Positions 45,532 to 55,789 of a stretch of DNA of 64,000 bases are shown piece after piece. The stretch is from Pseudomonadales bacterium (lineage in GTDB: Bacteria > Pseudomonadota > Gammaproteobacteria > Pseudomonadales > Pseudohongiellaceae): assembly GCA_022819645.1 (NCBI GenBank), contig JAJEGU010000006.1:6620-70619 (forward strand), read 5' to 3'. The notes under the pieces were generated by a model, which made no database searches, was not told the origin of the DNA, and was given only the letters and a program-made list of their open reading frames with translations. The translations under genes were made by a program, and so were the position numbers. Each line of letters begins with the position of its first letter. The first letter of the stretch is position 1.

Positions 45532-48303
45532 ATGACGCGAAGCGTTTCAACAAGTGAGCCGCGAGGAACAAATTTTCGCCGGAAAGGCGATTTTTCAAAG
45601 AATCTGAAGCCGCTTTCCCTGGCCGTCGCCGCGGCGCTGGCTCCGCTCGCCGGGACGGCCGTGGCCCAGGAAGGCGCGACGATCGAGCAAATCGTCGTTA
45701 CCGGTTTCCGCCAGAGCCTGTTGAATTCCATGGCGACGAAACGGAATTCGGAGTTGATCGTGGAAGCGATATCCGCCGAGGATATCGGCAAGCTGCCCGA
45801 CAACAGCATCGCCGAAGCCCTGACGCGGCTGACGGGACTCGCCGGCCAGCGCCTCAACGGCCGCCAGCAGGTGATCAGCATCCGCGGCCTGGCGCCTGAT
45901 TTCTCCACCGCCTTGCTGAACGGGCGCCAGCAGGTCAGCGCCGGCGACAATCGCGGCGTCGAATTCGACCAGTACCCCTCCGAACTGCTGCAAGGCGTCG
46001 TCGTCTACAAGACGCCGGACGCTTCGCTGACCGGGCAGGGACTCGCCGGCACGGTGGACATGCGCACCGTAAGCCCGCTGGATTACGATGAGCGCGTCGT
46101 CGTGGTCAATGCCCGCTACGAGATGAACGAGTACGGCGCGCTCAATCCCGAACTTGACGACGCCGGCTGGCGCTACACCGGCTCGTATATCGACCAGAAC
46201 GCCGACGGCACCGTCGGCGTGGCGCTGGGCTTTTCCCATATCGGCTCTCCCAGCCAGCGCGAAGTGATCGACATCTGGGATTACAACGATTACAACGGCG
46301 CCCAGGGGATAACCGGCATCAATCCGAAGGCGCAGTCCGGCGAGCTGACCCGCGACAGCTTCATGGCCGTACTCGAATTTCAGCCCAACGAGCGCGTCAC
46401 TTCCACGATCGACGTCTACCGGTCGAGCTTCGAGGAATCCTCGCTGTCCAGGCAATACGAGTTGCCCCTCTATCCTGCCTGGTTCTCCTGGAACACCGGG
46501 GTTAATCTGGCAAACGAACAGGTCAACAACGGGCTGATAACCAGCGGCACGTTCAATAGCGCCAAGGCGGTCATCAGCAACAATCTCGAATCGCGCGACG
46601 CGGATCTGTGGGCCGCCGGCTGGAACCTCGAGTTCGATGTCAACGACGACTGGGACGTAACCGCCGACATCAGCCATTCCGCCGTCGACCGCCAGGACGT
46701 CATCCTCTCACTCAACACGGGAACCGGCCCCAGCGGCCAGGGCGCGACGGACACGATCGGATTCGTCATCGGCAATCATGCGCCGCGCTTCACGTCCTCG
46801 GCCGATGTCCTCTCGCCGGGCGCGACGGTGCTGACCAGCCCGATGGGTTGGGGCAACCCCGCCATTCCCGGCGGCCAGGTGGGTTACGACAACCGACCGT
46901 CGATCGAAGACGAGTTGACCCAGATCAAGCTCAGCGCCGAGCGCTATCTCGGCGGCGCAATCAGCAGCGTCGATTTCGGCGTGCAGTTCGATAGCCGAAC
47001 GAAATCGAGAAACGCCAGCAACCAGGGCTTCCTCGGGCTGACGAGCGGCGAACTCACGCAGGATTTCACGCCCACCGGCGCGGTCACCGTTCCCTTCGGC
47101 CTGGCGACCATCGCCACTTTCGATCCGGTCGCCTTGTACGACAGCGGAATCTACTACCGCGCGGATCACTTCGGCGGCGGCGTGCTTTCCAACGACTGGA
47201 CGGTGGACGAAGACGTGACCGTCGCCTACGTCAAGTTCAATATCGAATCCTCGCTCGGCGATGTGCCGGTGACCGGCAATTTCGGCGTGCAGGCGGTGCG
47301 CACCGACCAGAGTTCGTCGGGGTCGAGCGCCGCCAACGGCGGCTGGCCGCCGCCTTCGAGCGCAGCGGAAGCGACCACCTTGCAAACGGTCACCGGAGGC
47401 GCCGACTACACCGAATACCTGCCGAGCCTGAACCTGAATTTCGAGATCGCCGACGCGCAATACATCCGTCTGGGCATCGCGCGCACTCTCGCCCGGGCGC
47501 GGATGGACGAGATGCGCGCCGGCCGGGAAGTAAATTTCAACGCCAGCCTGGCCGATTCCACGGATATCAACCAGGCGCCCTGGGGCGGCAGCGGCGGCAG
47601 CCCGGATCTGCGGCCCTGGATGGCGGATTCGATCGACTTGTCCTATGAATTGTATTTCCCCGACGCCACGGGCTACTTCGCGCTCGCGACTTTCTACAAG
47701 GATCTCACAACCTACATCTACGAGCAGCCCAGACTCGTTGACTTTGCCGGATTTCCCACCGGCGGCGTCACTCCGGCGCTGACGACGGGCATCGTAAGCC
47801 GGCCTTCCAACGGCGATGGCGGCAACATCTCGGGCTACGAACTGTCGCTGCAAGTCGCCGGCGAAGCGCTGAATCCGGCCCTGGAAGGATTCGGCGCGGT
47901 ATTCAACGGTTCCTGGACCGACAGCGAAATCGAGCGCGGCACCGGCGACCCGTCGACGCCCTTGCCGGGTCTGTCCGATACCGTCATGAACCTGACTTTC
48001 TATTATGAAAGAGGCGGTTTTTCGGCCCGGATAAGCGGCAATCACCGCTCGGATTTCCTCGGCGAGGTGCAGGGATTCGGCGCGGGCCGGACCTTGCGCT
48101 CGATCAGCGAGGAACAACTGGTTGACGCCCAGCTCAGCTACAGCTTCGAAGGCGGCCAGTTGGACGGCCTGACGCTGTACCTGCAAGGCACCAATCTGAC
48201 CGACGAACCTTTCGTCGGATTCCTCAACAACGATCATCGGATGGTCAAGGACTGGCAGTCCTACGGCGCGACCTACTTCGTCGGCGCGTCGTACCGGTTC
48301 TGA
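45532..48303 (+). CDS. TonB-dependent outer-membrane receptor (large carbohydrate-type, about 920 aa)
   Basis: TonB box-like IEQIVVTG, plug-domain motifs (EAISAEDIGKLPDNSIAEALTRLTGL, ISIRGL) and a terminal ...SYRF. The size and sequence style match the sugar-scavenging TBDR subfamily of Alteromonas, Xanthomonas and Caulobacter, as I recall it. Confidence 0.9.
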   Translation: MTRSVSTSEPRGTNFRRKGDFSKNLKPLSLAVAAALAPLAGTAVAQEGATIEQIVVTGFRQSLLNSMATKRNSELIVEAISAEDIGKLPDNSIAEALTRLTGLAGQRLNGRQQVISIRGLAPDFSTALLNGRQQVSAGDNRGVEFDQYPSELLQGVVVYKTPDASLTGQGLAGTVDMRTVSPLDYDERVVVVNARYEMNEYGALNPELDDAGWRYTGSYIDQNADGTVGVALGFSHIGSPSQREVIDIWDYNDYNGAQGITGINPKAQSGELTRDSFMAVLEFQPNERVTSTIDVYRSSFEESSLSRQYELPLYPAWFSWNTGVNLANEQVNNGLITSGTFNSAKAVISNNLESRDADLWAAGWNLEFDVNDDWDVTADISHSAVDRQDVILSLNTGTGPSGQGATDTIGFVIGNHAPRFTSSADVLSPGATVLTSPMGWGNPAIPGGQVGYDNRPSIEDELTQIKLSAERYLGGAISSVDFGVQFDSRTKSRNASNQGFLGLTSGELTQDFTPTGAVTVPFGLATIATFDPVALYDSGIYYRADHFGGGVLSNDWTVDEDVTVAYVKFNIESSLGDVPVTGNFGVQAVRTDQSSSGSSAANGGWPPPSSAAEATTLQTVTGGADYTEYLPSLNLNFEIADAQYIRLGIARTLARARMDEMRAGREVNFNASLADSTDINQAPWGGSGGSPDLRPWMADSIDLSYELYFPDATGYFALATFYKDLTTYIYEQPRLVDFAGFPTGGVTPALTTGIVSRPSNGDGGNISGYELSLQVAGEALNPALEGFGAVFNGSWTDSEIERGTGDPSTPLPGLSDTVMNLTFYYERGGFSARISGNHRSDFLGEVQGFGAGRTLRSISEEQLVDAQLSYSFEGGQLDGLTLYLQGTNLTDEPFVGFLNNDHRMVKDWQSYGATYFVGASYRF

Positions 48304-48318
48304 CGCCGGCCACGGCCG

Positions 48319-49617
48319 ATGATCCGCTCGGCGTTGACATCACCGGCGGGCGTCCTGGCGTCCGCCCTGGTGTTGATTTCCTGGGTAAATTTCGCCCAGG
48401 CGCAGATCGAAGTTCCCGACCCGGACGCCCTCGACGCGGTCCTCGACCGCTTCGTCGAAGAGGGCCACTATCCCTTCCTCTACGCCCGGCTAGAAGACCG
48501 CGACGGCAATGTCGCATACGAGCACAGTGTCGTGAATCGGGACTTGCTGCCGGACGCGCAGATCGACGGGCAGTCGTGGATTCGAATCTGGTCCATGAGC
48601 AAGATCGTCACCATTTCGGTGGTTCTCGACCTGGTGGAAGACGGCGTTCTGAGCCTGGAAGATCCGGTCGCGAGCTACATTCCGGAACTTTCCGACATGC
48701 AGGTCGCGGTCACTTCCGATGGCAGGAGTCTGGCTGAACTCGACTTCGGGCAAGCGGACCCGGCCTGTCCGTTTGAACTCGTTCCCGCGGACACCGTGAT
48801 GACGGTGCGGCACCTGATCAACCACGAAGCCGGTTTCTATTACGCCACCACGGGAATGCCGTGCATCGACTCCGCGCTCGCCGACAGCAACGTGGTGACG
48901 GCGGCGGATTCCGACGAATTTATCGCCCGCCTCGCGGACCTGCCGCTGATCCAGCATCCGGGAACCACCTATTACTACGGGACCAATACCACGATCCTGG
49001 GAATGGTGGCCGAACGCGCAACGGGCTTGAGTCTCAAGCAACTGGTGGAAGAGCGCCTGACCGGACCGCTGGGTATCGAAGGATTGCAATACGATTTGCC
49101 ACCGGACGCCGAATTGCCGCCGAGAATCAGCGGCCAGGGCGGCACGTTGCGACCGGCGTATCCCGGCGAACTCGATATCTTCGGGCCGGACGTGCCCGAC
49201 TACGACCCGGAGCACGAACTTTATCTCGGCGGCGAGGGCATGGTGGCCACCGCCGACGGCTACGCGGATTTCCTGAGAATGCTGCTCAATCACGGAACGC
49301 TCAACGGAACGAGATTGCTGGAGACTGCGACGGTCGAGGACATTTACGCCCCGCATACCCAACTCGACAATCCCGAAGGGCACAACGGCTTCAACCTGTG
49401 GGTGACCGGCGAGCCGACCAGGACCCGCGAACAGGGCGAAGAGGGCTTGTGGGTCGGCGGCGGATACGAGGGAACCCATTTCTGGGTCGATCCGAAGCGG
49501 GATTTCGTCGGCATAATCATGTCGCAGATTTTCTGGATCAACGAAGATGGCTACGGCAGGGACGAGGCGTTTCGCGGCGAACTCTACCGGCAATTCTGGG
49601 CGGCGGAATCCCGATGA
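48319..49617 (+). CDS. serine hydrolase, beta-lactamase/esterase (class C-like) family
   Basis: A signal-like N-terminus, an S-x-x-K motif (WSMSKIVT) and a beta-lactamase-fold-like sequence (HLINHEAGFYY). Confidence 0.8.
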   Translation: MIRSALTSPAGVLASALVLISWVNFAQAQIEVPDPDALDAVLDRFVEEGHYPFLYARLEDRDGNVAYEHSVVNRDLLPDAQIDGQSWIRIWSMSKIVTISVVLDLVEDGVLSLEDPVASYIPELSDMQVAVTSDGRSLAELDFGQADPACPFELVPADTVMTVRHLINHEAGFYYATTGMPCIDSALADSNVVTAADSDEFIARLADLPLIQHPGTTYYYGTNTTILGMVAERATGLSLKQLVEERLTGPLGIEGLQYDLPPDAELPPRISGQGGTLRPAYPGELDIFGPDVPDYDPEHELYLGGEGMVATADGYADFLRMLLNHGTLNGTRLLETATVEDIYAPHTQLDNPEGHNGFNLWVTGEPTRTREQGEEGLWVGGGYEGTHFWVDPKRDFVGIIMSQIFWINEDGYGRDEAFRGELYRQFWAAESR

Positions 49618-51485
49618 TCGCGTCGCCCGTCAAGCTGTTTCGTTGCCAGATTGCCGCCTTGGCGTTCTGTCTGGGAATACCGCTTTCGGCCGTCTTCGCC
49701 GCGGAAATCGAGCGCGTCGAACCGCCCAACTGGTGGACCGGCTTCAGCGAACCCGACCTGCGGCTGCTCGTTTACGGCGACGGCGTCGGCGAACTGCGGC
49801 CTGCGGTGGACTATCCGGGCGTCACGGTGCTCGATACGCTCGCGACGGAAAATCCCAATTACCTGTTCGTGCGCTTGCGCATCGACGCCGATGCCGAGCC
49901 CGGCGAGTTCGATATCGTATTCGGCGGCGCCAATAATGGTGGCGGCGAAATCGCGCATCCATATCGCCTGGAGGCGCGCAACTCCGATCCCGGACATACG
50001 CGCGGATTTTCCTCGGCAGACGCGATCTACCTGATCACTCCGGACCGGTTCGCCAACGGCGACCCCGGCAACGACGAAATCGACGGCCTCGGCGATATCG
50101 TCGACCGTACTCAGCCGGGAGCCCGGCACGGCGGCGATCTCAAGGGCATCATCGATCGACTCGATTACATCGCCGGGCTCGGATTCACCGCCGTATGGCT
50201 CAATCCCGTGCTCGAAAACGCGATGCCGGCGTTTTCCTATCACGGCTACGCGACCACCGACTTCTATCGGGTCGACCCGCGCATGGGCAGCAACGCGGAT
50301 CTCGCGGAACTGGCCCGCGCCGGACGCGAAAGGGGAGTGGGACTGATCATGGACATGATCGTCAACCATAGCGGGCTGCATCACTGGTGGATGGACGACC
50401 CGCCCATGGACGACTGGGTGCATCGATGGGACGGCTATGTCGAGACCAATCACGCCAAGACGCTCAGCGTGGACCCCTATGGCGCCGAAATCGACCGGCG
50501 CGAACTTTACGACGGCTGGTTCGTGCCCGACATGCCCGACCTGGACCAGGACAATCCCCTCATGGCCGAGTACCTGATTCAGAACGCCATCTGGTGGATC
50601 GAGTATCTGGGTCTGGCCGGAGTGCGCATGGATACCTATCCGTATTCCGGCGGCGAGTTCATGGCCGAATGGACGCGGCGGGTGATGGAAGAATTCCCCG
50701 ATTTCAACGTGGTCGGCGAGGAATGGACCGAAAACCCCCTGATCGTCGCGTATTGGCAGGGCGGGGCGGACAAGCACGACGGGTATCGCTCCTGGCTGCC
50801 GAGCGTCATGGACTTTCCCCTGAACTCGGTGCTCGCCCCGGCGCTGCGCGAGCCGGAATCCTTCGCCGACGGCTTCATCGAACTGTATTCGATGCTGGCG
50901 AACGATGTGCTGTATCCGGACCCCAACGCCCTGGTGATCTTCGGCGACAATCACGACATGATGCGAATCTGGTCGCAACTCGGCGAGGACTACGGCCTGT
51001 TCGAATTGGCCATGACTTATCTGGCGACCATGCGCGGTGCGCCCCAGGTCTATTACGGCACCGAATTACTTACCGCCAGCAGCGGCGACCATGGCGTCAT
51101 CCGCAGCGACTTTCCCGGCGGCTGGGCGGGGGACGCCGCCGACGCGGTTTCTGGAATGGGACTGACCGAACAGCAAATCCAGGCCCAGGCGCTGGTCGCC
51201 ACGCTGTTCAACTGGCGCAAGGCCTCCGCGCCGGTGCATGAAGGGAAACTTACCCACTTCCTCCCGAAAGACGGCGTTTACGTGTATTTCCGCTATCTGG
51301 AAGACGAGCGCGTCATGGTGGTGCTCAACAAGAACGAGGAAGCCTACGCCCTCGATACCGCGCGATTCCAAGAAGTCCTCGGCGACACCCGCAGCGGCGT
51401 GGACGTCATCCGCGGCGAAACCTGGGACCTCACCTCCCCCATCGACCTCAGCCCGCGAACCGCCCTGGTGCTGGAAATCGATTGA
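49614..51485 (+). CDS. GH13 alpha-amylase-family enzyme (cyclomaltodextrinase/SusG-like N-terminal domain)
   Basis: ATG 49614 overlaps the previous stop (ATGA). There is a signal peptide, and PPNWWTG marks the N-terminal domain. GH13 regions PDRFANGDP, GGDLKGIIDRLDYIAGLGFTAVWLNP, DMIVNHSG, GVRMDTY, GEEW and FGDNHD are present. The 874-aa track ORF N-extension is rejected. Confidence 0.85.
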   Translation: MIASPVKLFRCQIAALAFCLGIPLSAVFAAEIERVEPPNWWTGFSEPDLRLLVYGDGVGELRPAVDYPGVTVLDTLATENPNYLFVRLRIDADAEPGEFDIVFGGANNGGGEIAHPYRLEARNSDPGHTRGFSSADAIYLITPDRFANGDPGNDEIDGLGDIVDRTQPGARHGGDLKGIIDRLDYIAGLGFTAVWLNPVLENAMPAFSYHGYATTDFYRVDPRMGSNADLAELARAGRERGVGLIMDMIVNHSGLHHWWMDDPPMDDWVHRWDGYVETNHAKTLSVDPYGAEIDRRELYDGWFVPDMPDLDQDNPLMAEYLIQNAIWWIEYLGLAGVRMDTYPYSGGEFMAEWTRRVMEEFPDFNVVGEEWTENPLIVAYWQGGADKHDGYRSWLPSVMDFPLNSVLAPALREPESFADGFIELYSMLANDVLYPDPNALVIFGDNHDMMRIWSQLGEDYGLFELAMTYLATMRGAPQVYYGTELLTASSGDHGVIRSDFPGGWAGDAADAVSGMGLTEQQIQAQALVATLFNWRKASAPVHEGKLTHFLPKDGVYVYFRYLEDERVMVVLNKNEEAYALDTARFQEVLGDTRSGVDVIRGETWDLTSPIDLSPRTALVLEID

Positions 51486-51524
51486 TCCGTCACCCGGGAC
51501 CCCCAATTCCGTCATCTCCTTCCC

Positions 51525-51610
51525 CGTCATTCTGCGCGGAGCGAAGCGCAGTCGCAGAATCTCATGCAGTGGCCTCCCACAGAGATTCTGCGACTTCGCG
51601 CAGAATGATG
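51525..51610. repeat. repeat family 1, full bipartite palindromic element
   Basis: The left arm is CGTCATTCTGCGCGGAGCGAAGCGCAGTCGCAGAATCTC. The right arm, GAGATTCTGCGACTTCGCGCAGAATGATG, is its imperfect reverse complement. Confidence 0.8.
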
Positions 51611-51681
51611 AGAGGATGTTTGGCAATGTGCGTCGCCAAAGTCCATAATCCGGAACTCCCCACCCATCTCGCCAGACAAGC

Positions 51682-51909
51682 ATGCTCAATGACCTGATCG
51701 AAGCCAGCGGCTGGAGCAACGAGCAGTTTCTCGCCATCAGCATCATGGCCTTTGTTGTGCTGGCCCTGATGGCGGTAGTGTTCCGCATGCTCAGGATTTT
51801 CCGCATGGCGAGCCGCAAGCCGCGCTACCAGCCCAATCTGCGGCCATTGCGACGGTTGCGGACTTCACACGAGCAGGGTGGGCGCAACGACGCGGGTGAC
51901 AAGGAATGA
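51682..51909 (+). CDS. small single-pass membrane protein, unknown function
   Basis: 75 aa with one TM segment (FLAISIMAFVVLALMAVVF) and a basic tail. Its stop overlaps the next start (ATGA at 51906-51909), which argues for real translation. Confidence 0.4.
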   Translation: MLNDLIEASGWSNEQFLAISIMAFVVLALMAVVFRMLRIFRMASRKPRYQPNLRPLRRLRTSHEQGGRNDAGDKE

Positions 51910-52724
51910 GCGGAGTGCGGCAAAAACCGGTCTGGCTTGCCGCCTGCCTTGCCATGATCGTCTGGCTGCCCGATACCTCCGCCATCATCATCCGCCACGA
52001 TGTCAATTCCCGCGATCACGAGGTCCGCGGCAGCGACTTCCCGGCGGTGTTCTTTCTCGAACAGCGGGGCGGCGACCGCATTTGCGCGGCTACGATGATC
52101 CACCCCCGTTGGGCCATTACCGCGGCGCATTGCGCCCACGAGACCACGCTGCTGCGAACCCTGGATGATGGCGAAGCTTTCCCGGTCCGGGTCGCCGGAA
52201 GGGACCGGCTGATCGAATCCGTCACCCTGCACCCGGATTACGACGCCAATCTCACCGCAAGAACCGACCTCGCCCTGCTACGTTTCGCCGAGGCACAGCA
52301 CGGACCAGTGATTCCGCTACAAACCGGCAGCGATGAATCCGAACAGATCGTCACCCTGGTGGGCTGGGGCTTTTCCGGCTGGGGAACCACGGGCCGCGAA
52401 TTCTCCGACGGCAGAATCCGCATGGCGGTCAATCGCATCGAGGCAGCCGGCGAGCGTCTGCAAATGCGCTTTGACGATCCCCGCCTGCCGGATTCCAGCG
52501 CACTTCCCATGGAAGGCACCCCCGGCCTCTGGGACAGCGGCGGCCCCGCCCTGCTCGGCAACCCCGGCGCCTACCGCCTCGCCGGCGTCGCCGTCGGCGA
52601 AATCGAAGGCGAACGCTTCACCGAGGAAACCCAGGGCCAATACGGCGCGATAGCCGTCTACGAGCGCATCTCCCGCCACATCGCCTGGATTGAAGGCGAG
52701 ATCCCGGGACTTCGCGCAGAATGA
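51906..52724 (+). CDS. secreted trypsin-like (S1 family) serine protease
   Basis: Catalytic triad contexts AITAAHCA (His), TDLALLRF (Asp) and LWDSGGPALL (Ser), plus a signal-like N-terminus. The last codons and the stop lie inside a family-1 repeat half-unit. Confidence 0.75.
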   Translation: MSGVRQKPVWLAACLAMIVWLPDTSAIIIRHDVNSRDHEVRGSDFPAVFFLEQRGGDRICAATMIHPRWAITAAHCAHETTLLRTLDDGEAFPVRVAGRDRLIESVTLHPDYDANLTARTDLALLRFAEAQHGPVIPLQTGSDESEQIVTLVGWGFSGWGTTGREFSDGRIRMAVNRIEAAGERLQMRFDDPRLPDSSALPMEGTPGLWDSGGPALLGNPGAYRLAGVAVGEIEGERFTEETQGQYGAIAVYERISRHIAWIEGEIPGLRAE

Positions 52725-52725
52725 C
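52708..52725. repeat. repeat family 1 half-unit
   Basis: GACTTCGCGCAGAATGAC matches the right arm of the element at 51525..51610. It overlaps the last codons (GLRAE) and the TGA of the protease gene. Confidence 0.6.
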
Positions 52726-52861
52726 ATGTTGGCTTTGGCGGCTGTAACCGAATTAGCAACCCGCGGCAAATCTGCTACCATGCGGGCGATTCCGGTATTG
52801 GACATTGTCAGCCTCGGCCGGTGGCTTTTCCTTTCAGGCAACAGATCAGGAGCGGACTCAG

Positions 52862-53341
52862 ATGACGATAGCGGCAGGCGACCGGGTTCCGGCGGCGACT
52901 TTCCGGGTGATGACCGACGATGGCCCCGAACCGCTGGGAAGCCATGAGGTTTTCGGGGGTAAGAAAGTGGTGATGTTTATTGTTCCGGGGGCATTCACGC
53001 CGGGCTGCTCCATGGCGCATTTGCCGGGTTATGTGGTCAATGCCGACGCCATCAAGGCGAAGGGCGTTGACACCATAGCCTGCATGGCGGTGAACGACGC
53101 CTTCGTCATGGGCGCCTGGGGCAAGGCCCAGAATGCCGGGGAGCTGCTCATGCTTGCGGATGGCAATGGCGAATTCGCCGCGGCGGCCGGGCTGAATGTG
53201 GATTTCAGCGGCTATGGCATGGGCAGCCGGGCCAAGCGCTGCGCCATGATTGTGGACGACGGCGTGATCAGCCATTTGGCCATCGAGCCCGCGGGAGAAA
53301 TCAGCGTCAGTTCGGCGGAGTCGATTCTGGAGCATCTCTGA
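52862..53341 (+). CDS. peroxiredoxin, Prx5-like
   Basis: VPGAFTPGCS active-site motif. 159 aa from ATG 52862, with an AGGAG RBS. Confidence 0.85.
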   Translation: MTIAAGDRVPAATFRVMTDDGPEPLGSHEVFGGKKVVMFIVPGAFTPGCSMAHLPGYVVNADAIKAKGVDTIACMAVNDAFVMGAWGKAQNAGELLMLADGNGEFAAAAGLNVDFSGYGMGSRAKRCAMIVDDGVISHLAIEPAGEISVSSAESILEHL

Positions 53342-53366
53342 GCGGCGAATCCAGGAGAGCCGGGGC

Positions 53367-54089
53367 ATGATTACCGAACTGATTGAATACAACGATGGCG
53401 ATACTGTCCTTGAAGGCTATGCCGCTTATGAGGAATCCGCCACCCAGAAACCGCTGGTGCTGGTGGGCCACGACTGGAGCGGACGCGGCGAGTTCGCCTG
53501 CAAGGCCGCCGAGCGGGTCGCCGGGCTGGGCTATGTGGGCTTCGCCCTGGATATGTATGGCAAGGGCATTGTCGGCGGCGCGAGCGATGCCGAACGCAAT
53601 GCCGCCCTGATGGGGCCTTTTGCGACGGACCGCGCGATGCTGCGCCGCCGGGTTCGCGCCGCGCTGGTGGCGGGCCGCAATATTCCCCAGGTAAAGGCGA
53701 CCCAGGTTGCCGCCATGGGCTATTGTTTCGGTGGCATGTGCGCCCTGGAGCTTGCCCGCTCCGGGGCCGACGTGCTTGGCGTGGTAAGCATCCACGGCAT
53801 TTTCACACCGGGGGATGTGGCCAACGAGGAAATTCGCGCCCGGGTGCTTTGCCTGCATGGTCACGACGATCCCATGGTGCCGCCCGAACAGGTGCTGGCC
53901 CTGCAGCGGGAAATGACGGAAGCCGGCGTGGACTGGCAAGTACACAGCTACGGCGGCACGATGCACGCATTCACCCATCCCCTGGCCAACGACCCCGGTT
54001 TCGGCGCGGTGTACAGCGCCACCGCGGAACGCCGCGCCTACCAGTCCCTGGAAAATTTTCTCGCGGAAGTCTTTGCCCGGGGGACATGA
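53367..54089 (+). CDS. dienelactone hydrolase family protein
   Basis: Nucleophile-elbow context MGYCFGG and the later HGHDDP (acid/His region), in an alpha/beta-hydrolase pattern typical of DLH. Confidence 0.8.
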   Translation: MITELIEYNDGDTVLEGYAAYEESATQKPLVLVGHDWSGRGEFACKAAERVAGLGYVGFALDMYGKGIVGGASDAERNAALMGPFATDRAMLRRRVRAALVAGRNIPQVKATQVAAMGYCFGGMCALELARSGADVLGVVSIHGIFTPGDVANEEIRARVLCLHGHDDPMVPPEQVLALQREMTEAGVDWQVHSYGGTMHAFTHPLANDPGFGAVYSATAERRAYQSLENFLAEVFARGT

Positions 54090-55774
54090 GCGAAGCCGCC
54101 GCCAGCGAGCCAGCGCCGGAGCCGGGCAAGGCCATTCCCCTGCACAGCCGCGTCGGGCTCTGGCTGGGACCGGCGGTATTCCTTCCCACCCTGCTATTTG
54201 TCGATCTCGACCCCGGCAATCCAGCCGCAACCCGGATGTTCGCCATCATTCTGCTGATGGCGATCTGGTGGATTACCGAGGCGATACCGCTGGCGGCGAC
54301 CGCGCTATTGCCCATCGTGCTGTTCCCCCTGCTCGGCATCATGCGCGGCCGCGAAGTGCCCGCTGGCGGCCTGGTGGAGTATGGCGAAGGCGTGCTTCCC
54401 GGCGACATCGACGTCATCTTTCCCAATGTCGCCGACCAATACATGGATTGGGTCATCCTGCTGTTCATGGGCGGCTTCATGATCGCCGTGGCGGTGGAGA
54501 AATGGAGCCTGCACCGGCGCATCGCCCTGCATGTGCTGCGAATCATCGGCGGCCAACCCCACCGGCTCGTGCTTGGCTTCATGGTGGCGACGGGCTTTCT
54601 GTCGATGTGGCTGTCGAATACCGCCACCGCCATGATGATGATGCCCATGGGCCTGTCGCTGATACTGCTGTACGAGGACCTCAACCGGCAGGCACTGGCC
54701 AGCGGCGGCGAAGTTCCCGCCAATGCCGGCAATTTCGCCCTGAACCTGCTGCTGGGCATCGCCTATTCCGCCTCCATCGGCGGCTTCGCCACCCTGATCG
54801 GCACACCGCCCAATGGCGTGCTCGTCACCCAGCTCGGGCAGTTGTTTCCCGACGCGCCGGACATCACCTTCTCCGCCTGGCTGCTGTTCGCCTTTCCCCT
54901 CACCGTGGTCTACATGCTCATCGCCTGGGTGTTGCTGACGCGCATCGTGTTTCCGCTGCCGAAGGAAACGCCTTTCAGCGGCGAAGGTTTCATCGACCGG
55001 GAAATCGGCAAGCTCGGGCCCATGAGCATCGAGGAGAGGCGCGTCGGCTGGGTGTTCTTCACCGTGGCGCTGCTGTGGATGACCCGCAAGGAGCGCCTGC
55101 TCGGGGAAGAGATCGACCTGTTCGGCTGGAGTTACTATCTCGATTCGCTGCTCACCAGCTTCGGCGGTTCTCCCGTGGGCTACATGATCGACGACGGCAC
55201 CGTATCCATCGCCATGGCGCTAACCCTGTTCATTATCCCGGCGGGCAAGCAGACAGGCGGCAGGCTGCTCGACTGGGACGATGCGAAAAAGATTCCCTGG
55301 GGGATTCTGCTGTTGTTCGGCGGCGGCCTCGCCATCGCCAAGGGTTTTACCACTTCGGGATTGTCGGACTATGTCGCCATGCAACTCGGCGAACTGCTCG
55401 GCGACGCCAGCCCGCTGGTGATCGTGACGAGCACGGTGGCCTTCATTACCGCCCTGACCGAAGTTTCGTCGAACACCGCCACGATTTCCCTGTCGCTGCC
55501 GATCATGGCGAGCCTGTCCCAGGCCATCGAAGCGCACCCCCTGCTGCTGCTGATTCCCACCACGCTGGCGGCCTCCTGCGCCTTCATGCTGCCGGTTTCC
55601 ACGCCGCCCAATGCCATCATCTACGGCTCGGGGCGGGTCCCCATCGTCAAGATGGTGGTCGCCGGCGTCTGGCTCGACCTGCTCTCGGTGCTGCTGCTGA
55701 CGCTGTTCGTCTACACCGCTGGCCACCTCACCTTCGGCGTCCTTGGCGACCTCCCCGCCTGGGCGCTGCCCTGA
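54086..55774 (+). CDS. SLC13/DASS-family anion:Na+ symporter
   Basis: ATG 54086 overlaps the previous stop (ATGA). MAIWWITEAIPLAATALLPIVLFPLLGI and the repeated SNTAT / PPNAI hairpin motifs are typical of DASS transporters. Confidence 0.85.
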   Translation: MSEAAASEPAPEPGKAIPLHSRVGLWLGPAVFLPTLLFVDLDPGNPAATRMFAIILLMAIWWITEAIPLAATALLPIVLFPLLGIMRGREVPAGGLVEYGEGVLPGDIDVIFPNVADQYMDWVILLFMGGFMIAVAVEKWSLHRRIALHVLRIIGGQPHRLVLGFMVATGFLSMWLSNTATAMMMMPMGLSLILLYEDLNRQALASGGEVPANAGNFALNLLLGIAYSASIGGFATLIGTPPNGVLVTQLGQLFPDAPDITFSAWLLFAFPLTVVYMLIAWVLLTRIVFPLPKETPFSGEGFIDREIGKLGPMSIEERRVGWVFFTVALLWMTRKERLLGEEIDLFGWSYYLDSLLTSFGGSPVGYMIDDGTVSIAMALTLFIIPAGKQTGGRLLDWDDAKKIPWGILLLFGGGLAIAKGFTTSGLSDYVAMQLGELLGDASPLVIVTSTVAFITALTEVSSNTATISLSLPIMASLSQAIEAHPLLLLIPTTLAASCAFMLPVSTPPNAIIYGSGRVPIVKMVVAGVWLDLLSVLLLTLFVYTAGHLTFGVLGDLPAWALP

Positions 55775-55789
55775 TCGGTTTACCCTGGC

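Noticed and set aside
48861-49613. The N-terminal extension that turns the GH13 gene into an 874-aa ORF.
   Set aside because: It overlaps the serine hydrolase gene out of frame with Arg-rich, low-complexity sequence. ATG 49614 is followed by a signal peptide and is coupled to the upstream stop.
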